From positions 87,414 through 151,413 of the forward strand of contig NMRA01000376.1 of assembly GCA_002633005.1 (NCBI GenBank): DNA of 64,000 nucleotides, written 5' to 3'. The position numbers were made by a program, and so were the translations under genes. The notes under the pieces were generated by a model. It was given only the letters and a program-made list of their open reading frames with translations, did no database searches and had not been told where the DNA came from. Positions within the stretch are counted from its first letter, which is position 1, and every line of letters begins with the position of its first letter. The DNA is from Phoronis australis (Eukaryota > Animalia > Phoronida). Below, piece by piece: positions 14,039-26,775 of the stretch.

Positions 14039-15662
14039 CTGTAACACACAGAAAAAAGTTTAAAGGTCAGATTCAAGGAATAAAGGGATTTAAAAGTTTA
14101 TCCCCAACAGGTTTTTGTTGCTAATGAAATTTGCAAGAAATGGGATTATAAAGCTTTGGGTGAAAATATTCTCGTCTGCAAAAGTTACAATACAATTTAC
14201 GTGACTGCGGTGCACGTCTTAAGTAGCAAGGCAAAATGAACCATTGTTCTCCGTCATGACACTTGGAGTCAAGCAGAAACCCCCACGATGAAGGCTGAGA
14301 ACAACTGACCAGTCATGACAGGGATAGGTGGAGGAGTTTGATGAAAAGTGTTCCTCCACTAATGATCCAATAAGTAAAAGAACCAGCATGTTGCGAACAA
14401 AGACGCAGGTTATACGGATGCCTATTTGGGTCACCTGTCACAACAATACTAATCGAGACTCGCACTTCAATTGTAATTGCATCATGCAAGGTGAACGAAT
14501 AGTAAGATTTTAGCGAGAACATGCTTTGAAGCCATGTTCAAATATTCAGGAAGACAAGCAATGACTCTATGCAAATGGGCTTTTTGTAATCATTTTTCAA
14601 ATTGGAATTTTAGGTACATAGGCCAGATGCAGGCACTATTCTACAAAGTGCGTTAAAACCCGGTGTTAAAACCACACCCAAGCATGTGCTATCAAAACTG
14701 AAATTTTGACCGATCAAAGATTTAAAAAATTCACCGCTGTTGATGTTGTATCAGAAAACGTAACGCAAAAAACAATACACTGTTGTGTAGTGGATGACAT
14801 GATGCTGCTTATTATACAGTACAAGCAAAAAGTATTGAGACAACATTCCCCATCATGATGGCTGGATGAAAGTTGAATCCATCGTCAGAGTAGACTTCCC
14901 TAATGACCGCGAATGACGAAGAATTGACCGGAAAGTTAGTAAGGTGGCTAAGCCAGTCTGTAATTAGAATTTTGCTGCCCTAATAGCTATTACCAGACAT
15001 TTTTGCTGTTAAGATTTCTGAATTAGCCGTCATGACTGGAAAATGACACCTTGTCCAATTACTTATGTCTCGTGCTGCAATATTGCAGTCATGTACACTG
15101 CCTGGAATTAGGTCAACATTCTGGACATAAATAATACGACAATATAGCTTGGAAGATGGCGAGGACAGATTACAGCTAGGGTGACAAGTCATTTTCACCT
15201 AGAATAAGGTGTGAAAAAAATCTGCAGGTGAAATTAACTGTCATGCCAGGAAATGGTATTATGTTGTTCACTGTACCTAAGACAGGGGCATTGTTTTCAT
15301 ACAAATAATAGATATGCGTTCATCTAGAAAATAAGAAGAAAAGCTGTAGAGTCTGCATCTCATGAAAGAAATGAGAGATTCTGTGACGGAGTTATCAAAA
15401 TTAATATTTTGTGGATGGACAAGTTTTATAAAAAAGCTGTTTGAAGAACTGCAACCCTTAGTAACAAAGGTGCTCGGGTGGGATCGCTCGTAATTATCGA
15501 CAATTTCAAAAGTGCACAAAACTTAATAATAGGAGGGAGGGCTGGCATACACTTTCAACATTTTTCAAAGTTGAAGAATGAGGAGCAGAAAAGTTTCGGA
15601 CGTACCCTTAATGAAGAGGGGGTCTGTAAAAAGAGAAATCAATGCAAATTGTATCACCACAC

Positions 15663-15798
15663 TGTCGCATATGCGATATTTAACATCACGTTCATGATGA
15701 CGCGTTCTAGCAGAACACTCTCTGATTTGGAATGTTATGTTTGTAGTTGAATATTAGTGGAATATATTTATTAATATGTCTTCTATCTTAATTCTACA
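15663..15798 (+). repeat. 5' LTR (136 bp)
   Basis: tgtcgcat...ctaca; direct repeat of 18296-18403. Confidence 0.92.
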
Positions 15799-15816
15799 TG
15801 GTGACCTCAACGTGAT
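15799..15816 (+). promoter_or_regulatory. Primer binding site, tRNA-Trp type
   Basis: tggtgacctcaacgtgat directly after the LTR; 16/18 match to the recalled tRNA-Trp complement TGGTGACCCCGACGTGAT. Confidence 0.85.
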
Positions 15817-15875
15817 AGATCAGCAGCAAGTTTATTGAACAGTTGCAAATTTAACGGTAAGCTTAAACAAACAAA

Positions 15876-17973
15876 ATGACCTCGAGAGATGACATAGAAG
15901 CCACAGGAAAGGCTCGTTTACACGGTGTAGAAATACCGAAACAACTTGAATTTTCTAGTAAAAAACTATATGACGAAACACTGACACAGAAAATTCTGAA
16001 TTGTTACGATGGACTCGAAGAAAAATACCAGGTCGATAAGGTATTAAATGTGGATGGGTCCAGAAGCATGTGTGAAACATGCAAACCACCCCTTTGATGG
16101 TAATGATAACGAGAGGATAAACCCTCTGTGGACATTTTTCGATGGCATTTGTGCCAAGAAGGAAGGCACACAAGAATCGTGGAATGCATCACGGATGAAA
16201 TTAAAGTTTGTCAAGCAGCAAGCCGACAAGCCTGTTGATCAATTTTATGATCGGATAAGGAAGCTGTTACAGCAATGTGAATATCCAAATGACATTTCAA
16301 GCATCATAGAGACTGAAGCCATTAAAAATGGATTCAAAGATGTTAAGATTTTGGAAAAAGACCGCGACAAGTACTCAAGTATTGGACACGGCAAGGGCGA
16401 CGGAGGCAGCACAATGGCACATGCGAGAAGTTGATAAAGTGAGGCAGGAGATCACACAGTGTTCTGATACCGCAGATAATACTGATGAACTTCGACAAAC
16501 TCGCACACGACACATTAATTGCACGAAATGTGGATATATGCACCCACCAAAGCGATGTCCAGCGTTCGGGAAAAAATGCAACCGCTACAAACAGACGAAC
16601 CATTTTGAGCGGTGCTGTCAGCTCAACACTAAACCTGAGAAGCGGGAAACCGAAAAGAGAAGAAAGCATGTGAAACAACTGCACCAAGCTGGAGCCAGTT
16701 ATCAATCTTCTGGAGAGGAAAATTTGTTTGACGACGAGTACGACAGTGCGTCAGTTGAGACTGTAGAGACCCAGGCAGGTGAAATCCATTTTGATGATGA
16801 CCTTGGGCCAGATACCCTATTTGCTGTTGTTAGGATCGAGACATCAGGGAGACAAGTTAGGCTGAAGGGCAAAATTGATACTGGGGCCCAAGTAAATCTC
16901 CTGAATATTGCCACATATAAGAAGCTGTACGGGGCCGATGCAGTCAAGAAACTCCAGAAATCCGCCTGACTGGTTATGGTGGAAAAAGTTTCACCAATCA
17001 TGGCAAGTTTTGGATTGCTCGTGTTTTCCACAACAACGTCGCTGGACATAGGGTACCTTTTTTAACTCAGATTTTGGAAACAATCTATTCTCGTTTAGGT
17101 TCTGCAAAGCAATGAACATAGTGAAAATACTTTGCGATGAGCCCAGTACTTGCAAAGATCGTCACAGTGACTTCGACATAAGTGAAGTCAAGTCAGGAAA
17201 AGACAGAATTGTGTCAAACAATAATCATTCCCGTTACGACTACCATGCCCATGCAGATCGTAGGACTGGATGTTTTCCATCACAAACAGAAGACATATTC
17301 GTGCATTGTCGACTATCACACAGGTTTTCCTTGGATAAGGCACTTGAAAACTCAAGATGCAGCCAGCATCGTGAAGCACGTAAAAGAGACATGCAACAAT
17401 TCGCGTATCCAACACAGATTGTTAGTGACCAAGGCACGCAGTATATGAGTGAAATGTTCCAGGAAATGTGTATGCAGTATAACATAACCCACACGCCTGC
17501 TACACCCCACTCCCAGTGGCAGAATGGTAGATGCGAGAGAACATTGGGAAAGATAAAATTACTCATGGATAAGTCAAAGAATGATGAATTGGCAATAGAC
17601 GATATTCTTTTGATGATACGAGATACCCCGATCAGCCAGAGCATCCCTTCCCCGTTTGAGCTCATGTTCCACAGGAAAGTCAACACAGATTTGCCATGCA
17701 TTCCCTTATACATGTTGGATACAGCTCTTTCTGAACAGGCTGGTCAGCGTTCAGTCCTATATGCTGAAGCGAAGAACAAGACAGTCGAGAAACGATCCCT
17801 GTCCGTTAGAGGAAAGCGAACCCATGTCATTCCTCAAGAACCCCTCAGATCGGCCTAATAAGTGGTCACGCGGAATTGTGACATCTGTGGATGGGGAAAG
17901 GTCATACACGGTCATAGACAGTCAGACTGGAGGAGAATACCAAAGAAATAGGGTGCACATAAAGCCAGTGTAG
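15876..17973 (+). pseudogene. Frameshifted gag / aspartic protease / integrase remnants
   Basis: broken ORFs 16048..16434 (gag-like), 16328..16969 (CTKCGYMH..CPAFGKKC knuckles, DTGA), 17182..17448 and 17112..17858 (integrase core), 17656..17973 (IN C-terminus RSYTV..YQRNRVHIK). Confidence 0.9.
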
Positions 17974-18295
17974 TGTCAGAGGTCCCGTTACAAGATCCCC
18001 TAGAGTAGCCGAGGGAGACGACTAGAACATCTAGCAACCGCGACTACAAAGCTGCACCTGTTGCCAAACCTTCAGCAGATGTTCCGTTACAGGACCCTGC
18101 AGAGGGGACGTGGGACACCGCTAGAGCACTTGATAATTGCGACAACGAAGTCACACCCGTTGCCCATCCTAGGCGAGAGATTAGACTTCCTGAGCGGTAC
18201 AAGGATTTTGCTCTTAGTTAGAAACACTTGGACGTTTTGTACACCATTGTAGTTAATCGTTAGTTTTCTAGTTCTTGTTTTGTTAAGAGGGGAGA

Positions 18296-18403
18296 TGTCA
18301 CATACGCGAGATTTAACATCACGTTCATGATGACGCGTTCTAGCAGAACGCTCTCTGATTTGGAACGTTATGTTAGTAGTTGAATATTAGTGGAATATGT
18401 ACA
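18296..18403 (+). repeat. 3' LTR (108 bp, ~28-bp deletion near its end)
   Basis: about 6 substitutions vs the 5' LTR over the first ~100 bp; preceded by PPT, followed by cacac. Confidence 0.9.
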
Positions 18404-18518
18404 CACACACAATCCCATACTGTTCTAAGCATTAAATTTAATTGTTTCGTCAAAAACGTCACACAGTAAAGCTAATAGTTCAATGCATAATTCCCCGCAT
18501 TGAGGTAATACAACTTAC

Positions 18519-18614
18519 AGTGAGAGTCTCCAAACTAGAGGCCAGTAGTCTCAAGCAAGGCTCTAAGCAAGAGCGATTGCGCTTGACACGCTGTGATGAA
18601 GCCTCGCGCAGAAT
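18519..18614 (-). CDS. WDR59: WDR59 exon 14 (ILREASSQRVKRNRSCLEPCLRLLASSLETLT)
   Basis: ttgcag/ acceptor, /gtaagt donor; CLEPCLR motif. Confidence 0.94.
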
Positions 18615-19343
18615 CTGCAATCAACAAATTAATGTTCACATTAGTTGATTACAAGAAATCGCATTTAACATGTTCTTATCAAAATGACTTAATGCTTATT
18701 AAACGACATAGGCAAGAAATTCAATTTTGGGAAAATAGGTGACCTTTACACTAATGACAAACCTCGCGGGCTCACACAGCCCGCATCAAGCAGTGTTATT
18801 CCCCAGCAACACGTAACGATACTTACTGGACATGGTTCAGTGATTTGCAGCGAATCATTTTCGCCACAAAACTCGTTTCTAAAAACATTTTGGCAATTTT
18901 CAAGCTACTTCATATTCACATCATCGCTATATGTTGTGTTTCTAACTAATTTGGTCAAGCAATCACAGAGATAAGTAATTAGTCTGCAATTTCTACTTTA
19001 AAATAATAAGGTGAACCCTAATTTGAGTAAAGAATAAGGTAATGTTGTTCCATCCACGTTTATCAAATCACGTCTGCTTACTGCACAGCTAAGTTGCAAA
19101 AATAACCAATTTGCGACTAAGCGCAATGACGTCATACTCAATTGTGACAAAAGCTCAACAAAAACACTATTTTACTACCCCAAGAGTTCGACTGAACTGC
19201 CCAATAATTCTGACAAGGCGTTTATTCAAGTTTGGTAGAGTATGGCAGAGTTCCGTCGAAGTCTGTCCAGTTTATTTTGAAACTACTGTATCGACAGTTT
19301 CATTTCGAGCCAAGCTGGTAGTCCAGTCAACAGATTGACTTAC

Positions 19344-19508
19344 CTTGAGTAACTTCATCTGTGTCTGTTTGTTGATGGAGGTCCGTTTGCCAAACTGGAA
19401 GGAGGGCAGTGCCTTGTTGGGGTACTGTGCCGGAAACATGATGATGAGATGTACCTGACTCACCCCACTGTGAGCTGTCACTGAACAAGTACGCTGGACT
19501 GCATCCAT
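19344..19508 (-). CDS. WDR59: WDR59 exon 13, RWD domain (MDAVQRTCSVTAH...FPAQYPNKALPSFQF...KLLK)
   Basis: tcccag/ acceptor, /gtaagt donor; FPxxYPxxxP RWD motif. Confidence 0.95.
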
Positions 19509-20220
19509 CTGGGAAACAGCAGTCATATAGCCAGAGGACATACATTAACTTACTTCCTAGACCAATAACACACCAAGCTAAAATCTTGTTTTTATATTGT
19601 TAGATAATGTCAGATTTTTTCTGTTTTGACAATTGAACATATTTTAAAGGACTGTGAAAAATTACAGAATCTAAAGAACCATTCATGACGCCCCCATTCA
19701 AATTTTTCAGCATTCTTTGGGGATATTAAGACTACTCAGATAAATGTTCTGTAGTGCGGTTGGGTAAACAAGTCAAATCGTCCCATTCTGATGCTCAGGG
19801 TGGTTACACAACAAAGATTGGAACATATCAACAAAGGAACAGCACATATAACGAACACAATTTCGCTTTGCTTCAGTTGAAATTAGCCAATTTTTGCCAT
19901 TGAAACAACAAAAAGTTCAATATAATGATGGGTTTAGTTTTTGTAGACCGTCGTGCCTAAAATGGTCACAAAAGAATGTTACCATGAACAGAAAGCAGCT
20001 AACACTGACATCCATCTATCTGTTCCCTAATCTCCAAACGCAAGAAGCCAGTCATAAATGTACAAGCACAATGGTAAAGAACTACACTGTAATATCAACT
20101 GGCAAGAAGCATTAAGAGATGTCGGTTGGGAAATGAGATGTAGCACCTAATGTCTAAATCAAACTGACAATTACTAATTTAATCTTTTGAATGTAAAGAG
20201 TACAATGTTATTATACATAC

Positions 20221-20357
20221 ATCCTCCACTTCAAGATTAGGTATCTGCAAATTGACCAATGAAAATTCTTGTTGCAAAGTCCTCGGCTGGTGTGGTGACA
20301 CAGATGAACTAGCCCTGTCTATTGTCTGGTCTGTGGGTGTGCATGACAAAGCAAGAC
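20221..20357 (-). CDS. WDR59: WDR59 exon 12 (...PHQPRTLQQEFSLVNLQIPNLEVED)
   Basis: ctccag/ acceptor, /gtatgt donor; start of RWD domain. Confidence 0.92.
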
Positions 20358-21451
20358 CTGGAGAAACAAGAACTCAAAATGAAAGGCAACAACTGAACGA
20401 TTTTAATTAACAGCGTTAACCCACATTTGAATTTCTTCTTCTGATAAATAAGAAATCAAGACAAATCAAAACTTGCCATTGATTATAAGTACAGTGATTG
20501 TGTTCCAAAATTGTAGTCACAGCTGTGAACCTGAGATGTCATGCCATGAGAATAGCATTTACAGACCTTGGTAAACCAAGACTAGCACTGGAGAGGTGCT
20601 TTACTCCAGTCAAGTAACAAGTCAAGCCTATTCATTAAGACATGCCAAAGCGTGTAAATTTTTGTTAAAAAGTGGTGTGCCAGTAATTATTTCTACCAGA
20701 TTTAGTTTACTGCATTGGAAACACAAAGAGTGAGATAATAAGCTGTGTGTAGGTGATCAGGTTGAGTGGAGTGTAATTCGTAAAATGCAACTTGTAAGTC
20801 ATGTGGAGGGGTAATCATGTTTTAAGAGGATCTTCAACAACACACATCTTAGAAAGTCAGGTAGCAATAAAATTATACTAGAGTCAGGGGTCTATAATGT
20901 TTTTACGCAAAACTCAAAATTATTTTTGGCATTTTCTATTCTACGCTTGTGCAAACTCAAGATAAGATGCCTTTATTAATTTGTGCTCATTGTTTACACA
21001 ATACACTTAATGTCCCCTACATCCATGCTACAAACTGCTGCAAAAGCTTGAAGTTTGGAGAAAGAACTTGACATTTCAAGTTCACACTCAAACTTTAAGC
21101 ATTAATGCTGGGGTCACCAAGTGCAAACTAGAATTAAGATATTCACCTATGCCATTACATGCACTCCAGCATATAATAATAGATATTTATCTCGAGTTTG
21201 CACAAAAGTATGGACAATGACAAAAATTATTTCAAATTTGATTTCCACTAAAAAGACCCCAGTTCCAGATCTGTTATCATTTAAGTGCCAGCAGGCCGCT
21301 GCCTTAACTCAAGAACTACACCCTATATCCAACATGACTCACTATCAACATCTTCCTCATCTGAGAGTGAGTCAACACCGAGCCTCATCCCATCTCCAGG
21401 CTACTGCCACAACTGAAGCCCTTCACCTATGTCCAACACATGGTGACTCAC

Positions 21452-21566
21452 CTAATTGATCATCATCCTCTTCTGACAACGAGTCGGCACAAAGCTCCAG
21501 TTCATCTCCAGGTTGTTGCACAGACTCCAGCTCTGCACCTGTGTCCAGCACATCATGACCACAAAG
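21452..21566 (-). CDS. WDR59: WDR59 exon 11 (LCGHDVLDTGAELESVQQPGDELELCADSLSEEDDDQL)
   Basis: ttgcag/ acceptor, /gtgagt donor, phase 0-1. Confidence 0.85.
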
Positions 21567-21631
21567 CTGCAAGGCAAGACAATGCATAGTGACTAGTACG
21601 GCCTTATAATTTGGGTAGACCACATGGCAGT

Positions 21632-21785
21632 GCCTGTGTAGCTCAGTGGTTAGTAAAGTGGACACTCAACTGAAAGGCTGTGGGTTCCATCCCTGCCTAA
21701 TGCAGTCACGTGGCTGTGTCCTTGGACAAAGCACTGGACCTGTGTTGCTTCAGTCCACTAAATATGAATGATTACCAGCCAAGGC
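21632..21785 (+). mobile_element. tRNA-derived SINE with CORE-like domain
   Basis: A box tagctcagtgg (21639-21649), B box ggttccatccc (21683-21693), then gtgtccttggacaaagcact...tgcttcagtccac CORE-like segment. Confidence 0.75.
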
Positions 21786-22204
21786 TGGCACATAAACTGC
21801 AATAGACCCTCAACCCATCCATTCCAATGCCACTCTACTGAACCAAGAGTCACCAGCCAACATGATGGTGATACTTATTGCTTCCCACAAAGTCCAAATC
21901 AATCACAGTTCATGTTGATTAATACATTCAGTATTAATATGTCCGCCCTTACAATTCCAAAATTTTTGGGGTTTGTTTCAATTACTTGGTGCACGTGAAA
22001 ACAGCCCTGAAATCACAAAAAACCTTGGCTTGAAAAAATAACGAACTGTCCGTTCTGGACAAAACCAGAGATCACACCTATCTTGACCAAGGAACAAAAT
22101 GAGACGGTTTCCAAGAGTAAGTGGAATGAATCAAAGCCTGTTTTTGACAGAATGCACTTAATACTAGCTTAATGCCGCTTTAAATAGAGGAAAAGCAGAC
22201 ATAC

Positions 22205-22284
22205 CCTTTGAAGAAATGGTTCAATCTTCCATATTCTGAGGCTCTGATCCCTAGACCACGTCACAAGTTGATAATCGTTTTCAT
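22205..22284 (-). CDS. WDR59: WDR59 exon 10 (ENDYQLVTWSRDQSLRIWKIEPFLQR)
   Basis: ttccag/ acceptor, /gtatgt donor. Confidence 0.94.
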
Positions 22285-23361
22285 CTGGAATAATTCAACA
22301 AACACTGAAAGGTATGAAACGACGTCAACACTGTTTCCACATGGTCAACCAAAGAGATGGTAGCTCTTTCCTTATTTTCTCAGTTGACAACTTTGTAAAA
22401 GGGCCGAAAATCAATCTTAACGAGGCTCTATCAATGTGTCATCAAATGTGTTCAAAGAATTAAACACGTTTTCAAAAAAAAAAATAACTTGAATTTCTGA
22501 TGTTGCACTAACAAAATGCCTGCCAGTTTTTAAAATGAATTGAAATTTTTCAGTCACGATTGATTGGTTTTGAGTTGTTTAGAATTGAAACTAGGAAAGA
22601 TTTTGCAGGTTTCCATAAATAATGACAATGTTTTCTACAAACACATTGAGGTCATTGGCATTCACTTGCTAAAGATTCAGACTTTTTTGGGATACCGCTT
22701 TAATTTCAACCAACACATTGTGGTTTTTGAGGATTTCTTATACAACCTAGATCAAAGATCATGATTGGTTTCAATGTATAAATTACATTAAAATATATTG
22801 GTTTCATTTGAATTTTATCATCTTATACATCAAACTTGCCATACATAAAGTACTCTGGCATTTGTTAACAATGGCTCCTTCTACCTCCAAAACTTACAAA
22901 GATACAGCGACGTAAACCTCCTTAAAATTTAGGATTTCTGAAAATGTTCAATGGCTTTCTGTACCTGATGGAGGCAAATTTTTAAACCAAAACACAATGT
23001 GAGGTGACTCAATACATAATCACACAGCACCAAACCAACACAGCCTCTCCTACAAAAATGTTATCCTGGGCTTTTCTCATAAACAAGGCACTTTTAAAAA
23101 CATGATTTTACTGTTGGGTAAACAGTTTATTTCGTGTCAGAACTTTGTATCGAAAAGATTGCTATCGAGCACTTTTATTAAGTCCATCAAACATTATTAT
23201 TTGAGTAAAAAGTATAGGACTCACAAAAATTCAAATTTCAAATTAAAAAGATGGTGTAGCTTTCACATTATTTTAACCAGCAGGATTAAGCATTCGTGGG
23301 CGTGTCTGACCGCGTGTTCTTTTGTAAAATGTAGAAACGGAAAAAAAACAGTCTCACTTAC

Positions 23362-23521
23362 TCTGGTCTTTATTCCTCCACTGAAACTCCAGCACTACGT
23401 CACTGTGTCCTACAAACGTGTGCGCTGGCTGTGTCAGATCCTCTAGGCACCACAAGAACAAACTGTTCTCCCCACGCCGTAGCTGCGGCACATTGACTGA
23501 CACCAGACCCTGGCCAAATGG
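23362..23521 (-). CDS. WDR59: WDR59 exon 9 (PFGQGLVSVNVPQLRRGENSLFLW...HTFVGHSDVVLEFQWR)
   Basis: ttgcag/ acceptor, /gtaagt donor; ORF 23354..23536. Confidence 0.95.
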
Positions 23522-24723
23522 CTGCAATAGGGGCACAAGTGGTACCGTTCAAAAATACAGGAAAAATACAAATAGAAGCTGTACTTTCTTTCCACCACAG
23601 ATTATGCGCAGTGAACCGTGAATAACCTAGAGATGAATTCGGGCAATCGATTCACGACTAGTCTTTTTGTCAGAGCTGGTTACATCAAATGCATCAGTGT
23701 GCTCTGGGTATTACAGGCTATTACCTGATGTTATCAGAACTGGCTTGAGCCTGTTACTCCTGTTTCATAACACTACTCTCACTATGCCAATGGTGGGTTG
23801 CGGGGGATCAAACAGGTTCTGATGTGAAACCAAAAAATAGAATGATAATGAACATTATACATGATTAGGAGCTTACAGACAAGACGGTGTATTTTGCCGA
23901 ATATCTACTATAGACTTTTAACTCAGCAGTAAAAGCATATATTCTCTGAAATTAGAAAGCCAGAAGAATTTGTCTACTTTTCGTAAATTTAACAAAAAAG
24001 ATAACCAAACAATGGTGTCAAATAATGTAACCAAATTTTGGTTTTTATAAATGTTCAAGATGAAATTTCAGAAAGTCTGTTTCAGTTTTCTGAATTATCA
24101 TTTCGTTAGCTTTTACTTTTTTCATAAAAATAAAATTCTATTTTGATACCATAAGCGAAACATTTTATTACTAAGCATTTGCAGAACAATTCAAAAAGTA
24201 CAGTTAAGTTTCATACAAATCCAATCAGCCATTTCTGAAATATGATGTGAGCCAAAGATGCACATCTCCACGGTCCTACATAACCTAAAGTCTGGTATGA
24301 AACTGACAGAGTGTGCTTAAAATTTCCTTGCCACAGCAGCTTTGTTTTTAGATGTTATTAGAAAATAGACTTGAGACTTTAAAGAAGTGGAACAAATTTT
24401 ACAAGAGCTGATCAGCACTCTGAAATTCAAATATAGAATCAGAATCACTTACAATACATGGTTTATTATCGCCATGGAGATGAGCAAGAACCTACTTAAC
24501 TTGACGGCCTGTTTTGCAATTTCAATACACCACACAACGAAAGAACGTCAAATATCCACCACGCAACAGAGACTCCTGTTGCCAGACAGAAATTACGCTG
24601 GCAGAACTAAGATATTACGTGAGAAGTCTAACTGCAGCCAATGTTTGTGATACCCCTGAAAATGACATCCTTCCCTCCCTTTCTTGAACCAGGCACAACC
24701 TGCATGCATCAGCGTGTACTTAC

Positions 24724-24801
24724 AGTGAACCTAGCCCGCCAAACTGGGCTGCTGGAAGACAGCATAGCTTCGTGCTTCTTGGGACTGTCTATGTTCCACA
24801 A
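24724..24801 (-). CDS. WDR59: WDR59 exon 8 (LWNIDSPKKHEAMLSSSSPVWRARFT)
   Basis: ccgcag/ acceptor, /gtaagt donor. Confidence 0.92.
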
Positions 24802-25813
24802 CTGCGGAGAAATCAAATGAAACTTATGGAAGAAACAAGTGTTGAAAATACTGGAAAACGTATCTACTAGGTTAAAGCGTGAATCTGTAGATTGTACACA
24901 CGGTCTAAAACTTCTTGTTATGAGTTGTTTGATGAACTAGTAGGTCAACCAATACAAGCTTTCTGTCAACCACTTACTGTATCAGTTGGAAGATTAATCT
25001 CAGCTTTTTGTTTTAGTAATTAGATTAGAAATGACTTCTGGGTTTGAGAAGAATTGATTTGCTTCAGATCAAACCCACTAAGGTAGTTGCCACAGCAGAT
25101 TAGCATGGATGTCAGGGCAATTTCCACGCCATTTTTCTAACAAATTTCAATCATCTGCAAATTCTAAGCCACTATGCAGACAAGTTATCCACTCCAAGCC
25201 CAAAATTGGTGTAAATAAGTATTTACAGACATGCTCAGCAAAGTAGTTACCGTTTGGAACACAAGTCTACCTACTGTTTGCAAAACAAAACATTACCTAG
25301 TGGTAGATGAAAGTCCTCAATAAACCAAAACACAGAGCTGGGTGCTAACGAACGCAGAAACATTCAATTGATGAAAGAAGTCGACAGTATATGTCGAAAT
25401 ATCAACATGTTCCAGACAAATGTCTTATTTCCCACGCCATTTAAGCAACACCACCTTTGCAACAAAGTTGATGTCGTGATTTGAAAGGAGGTCAAAGTTA
25501 AACTTACCTACTAACAAAGTTTTAAGTCACTGTAATTCTGTAGTCTTTGACGGTTTATTCTAGCAGAAGAGGAAACAGAAAAAGGGATCATGGGGTTTTT
25601 GGAACTGGTCTTTTTTAATGACAAATTTCTTTAATTTTGAAGGAACCATCAACACAACAGTGTTATGTTACAATCCAGACATGTTTGAAACAGCTGTGAA
25701 ATAGCACATTCCAAATATGTTTGAAAACAGTCATTCGTCTTTGAGAAAACCAGAAGCAAAACCAGCAGACTTGAGTAGCACAGGTTTCTAACTTGTGTCA
25801 ACTGACAACTCAC

Positions 25814-25930
25814 TTTGACTGTACAGTCTTGGCTGGACGTGGCGAGACAACTGTAGTTGAAGGGACTCCAGTCCAAACCGTGAATTTTGGACAGGTGACC
25901 TGCGATATACTGCACAGGAGACGTCTGCTT
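25814..25930 (-). CDS. WDR59: WDR59 exon 7 (KQTSPVQYIAGHLSKIHGLDWSPFNYSCLATSSQDCTVK)
   Basis: tttcag/ acceptor, /gtgagt donor. Confidence 0.95.
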
Positions 25931-26225
25931 CTGAAAACATCAAGAAATTGGAATTCATTACAGAACCAATACTCTTTACTGTCTAGTGTAATTCTGTAAG
26001 TAAGACTTATTGGTCTTCTCACACATATGGTCACGATCAGGGAGAGCAGGGAGAGCAGGAAGAGATCTTTTCAGACTATAGGTCTCACAGGGCATGTACG
26101 AAAACTAATCATTCTTACTTATACGATATCAACGCTCTGATTTATGACAATACAACTGAACACTAAGTGTGCGAATATTACATTCTGTCACATAAGGTTT
26201 CTGAAGGACATATATCCCCACATAC

Positions 26226-26352
26226 CCTGGGGTCCCAGATCCTGATGTCTGTGTCGTGGGCTGTTGCAATGAGATTTGGGGACACTCTATTCCACTTGAT
26301 CTGGGATGAGCCAGCCACAGCTTGCAATGATATGCTCGGCTTTCGAGTATCC
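26226..26352 (-). CDS. WDR59: WDR59 exon 6 (DTRKPSISLQAVAGSSQIKWNRVSPNLIATAHDTDIRIWDPR)
   Basis: tttcag/ acceptor, /gtatg donor; WD40 repeat. Confidence 0.93.
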
Positions 26353-26694
26353 CTGAAACAAAACCAAGTTCAACTTTGATGACCAATACAAATCGGTTCA
26401 CGGAGTTTCGTAGTCTGGCTGTAGGTTTTAATGATAAGAGTATACTAAAACAAAGTCATGAAAACATTCTCTTGTTTTACTCAAGATTAGTTGTAATACG
26501 CTTAAGGAAACCACGTTCACTGGGGGGGTCTGGGCATGGTGGAATGAAAACAATTAAAATGCACTCAGACGGTGGTTAACAACCAAGGTATGTTAAGATA
26601 CAAACCCTACAGCAGAGCCACCTGAAGTATAACAAGCACTTGTCATGTCGTGCCAAAATGTCTGAACCACATGCATAAAAGTAATAACACATAC

Positions 26695-26775
26695 CTCATG
26701 TCCCATATAAAAGTGAACGTGTCTGCAGAGCACGTGGCCAACACATGGGGGTCAAATGGCGACCACTCCAAGTCA
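26695..26775 (-). CDS. WDR59: WDR59 exon 5 (DLEWSPFDPHVLATCSADTFTFIWDM)
   Basis: tgtag/ acceptor, /gtatgt donor; WD40 repeat. Confidence 0.93.

Larger units (their letters stand above)
15663..18403 (+). mobile_element. Ty3/gypsy LTR retrotransposon, internally deleted (gag-PR-IN, no RT/RNase H)
   Basis: TG..CA LTRs at 15663-15798 and 18296-18403, cacac TSD on both sides, PBS 15799-15816, PPT aagaggggaga 18285-18295, gag zinc knuckles, KIDTGAQVN protease, IVSDQGTQY/QNGRCER integrase. Confidence 0.95.

Noticed and set aside
16343-17713. Minus-strand ORFs of 115-157 aa within the LTR element
   Set aside because: Antisense to gag/PR/IN with no recognisable motifs
21632-21700. tRNA gene
   Set aside because: A and B boxes are present but there is no cloverleaf and it continues into a SINE body
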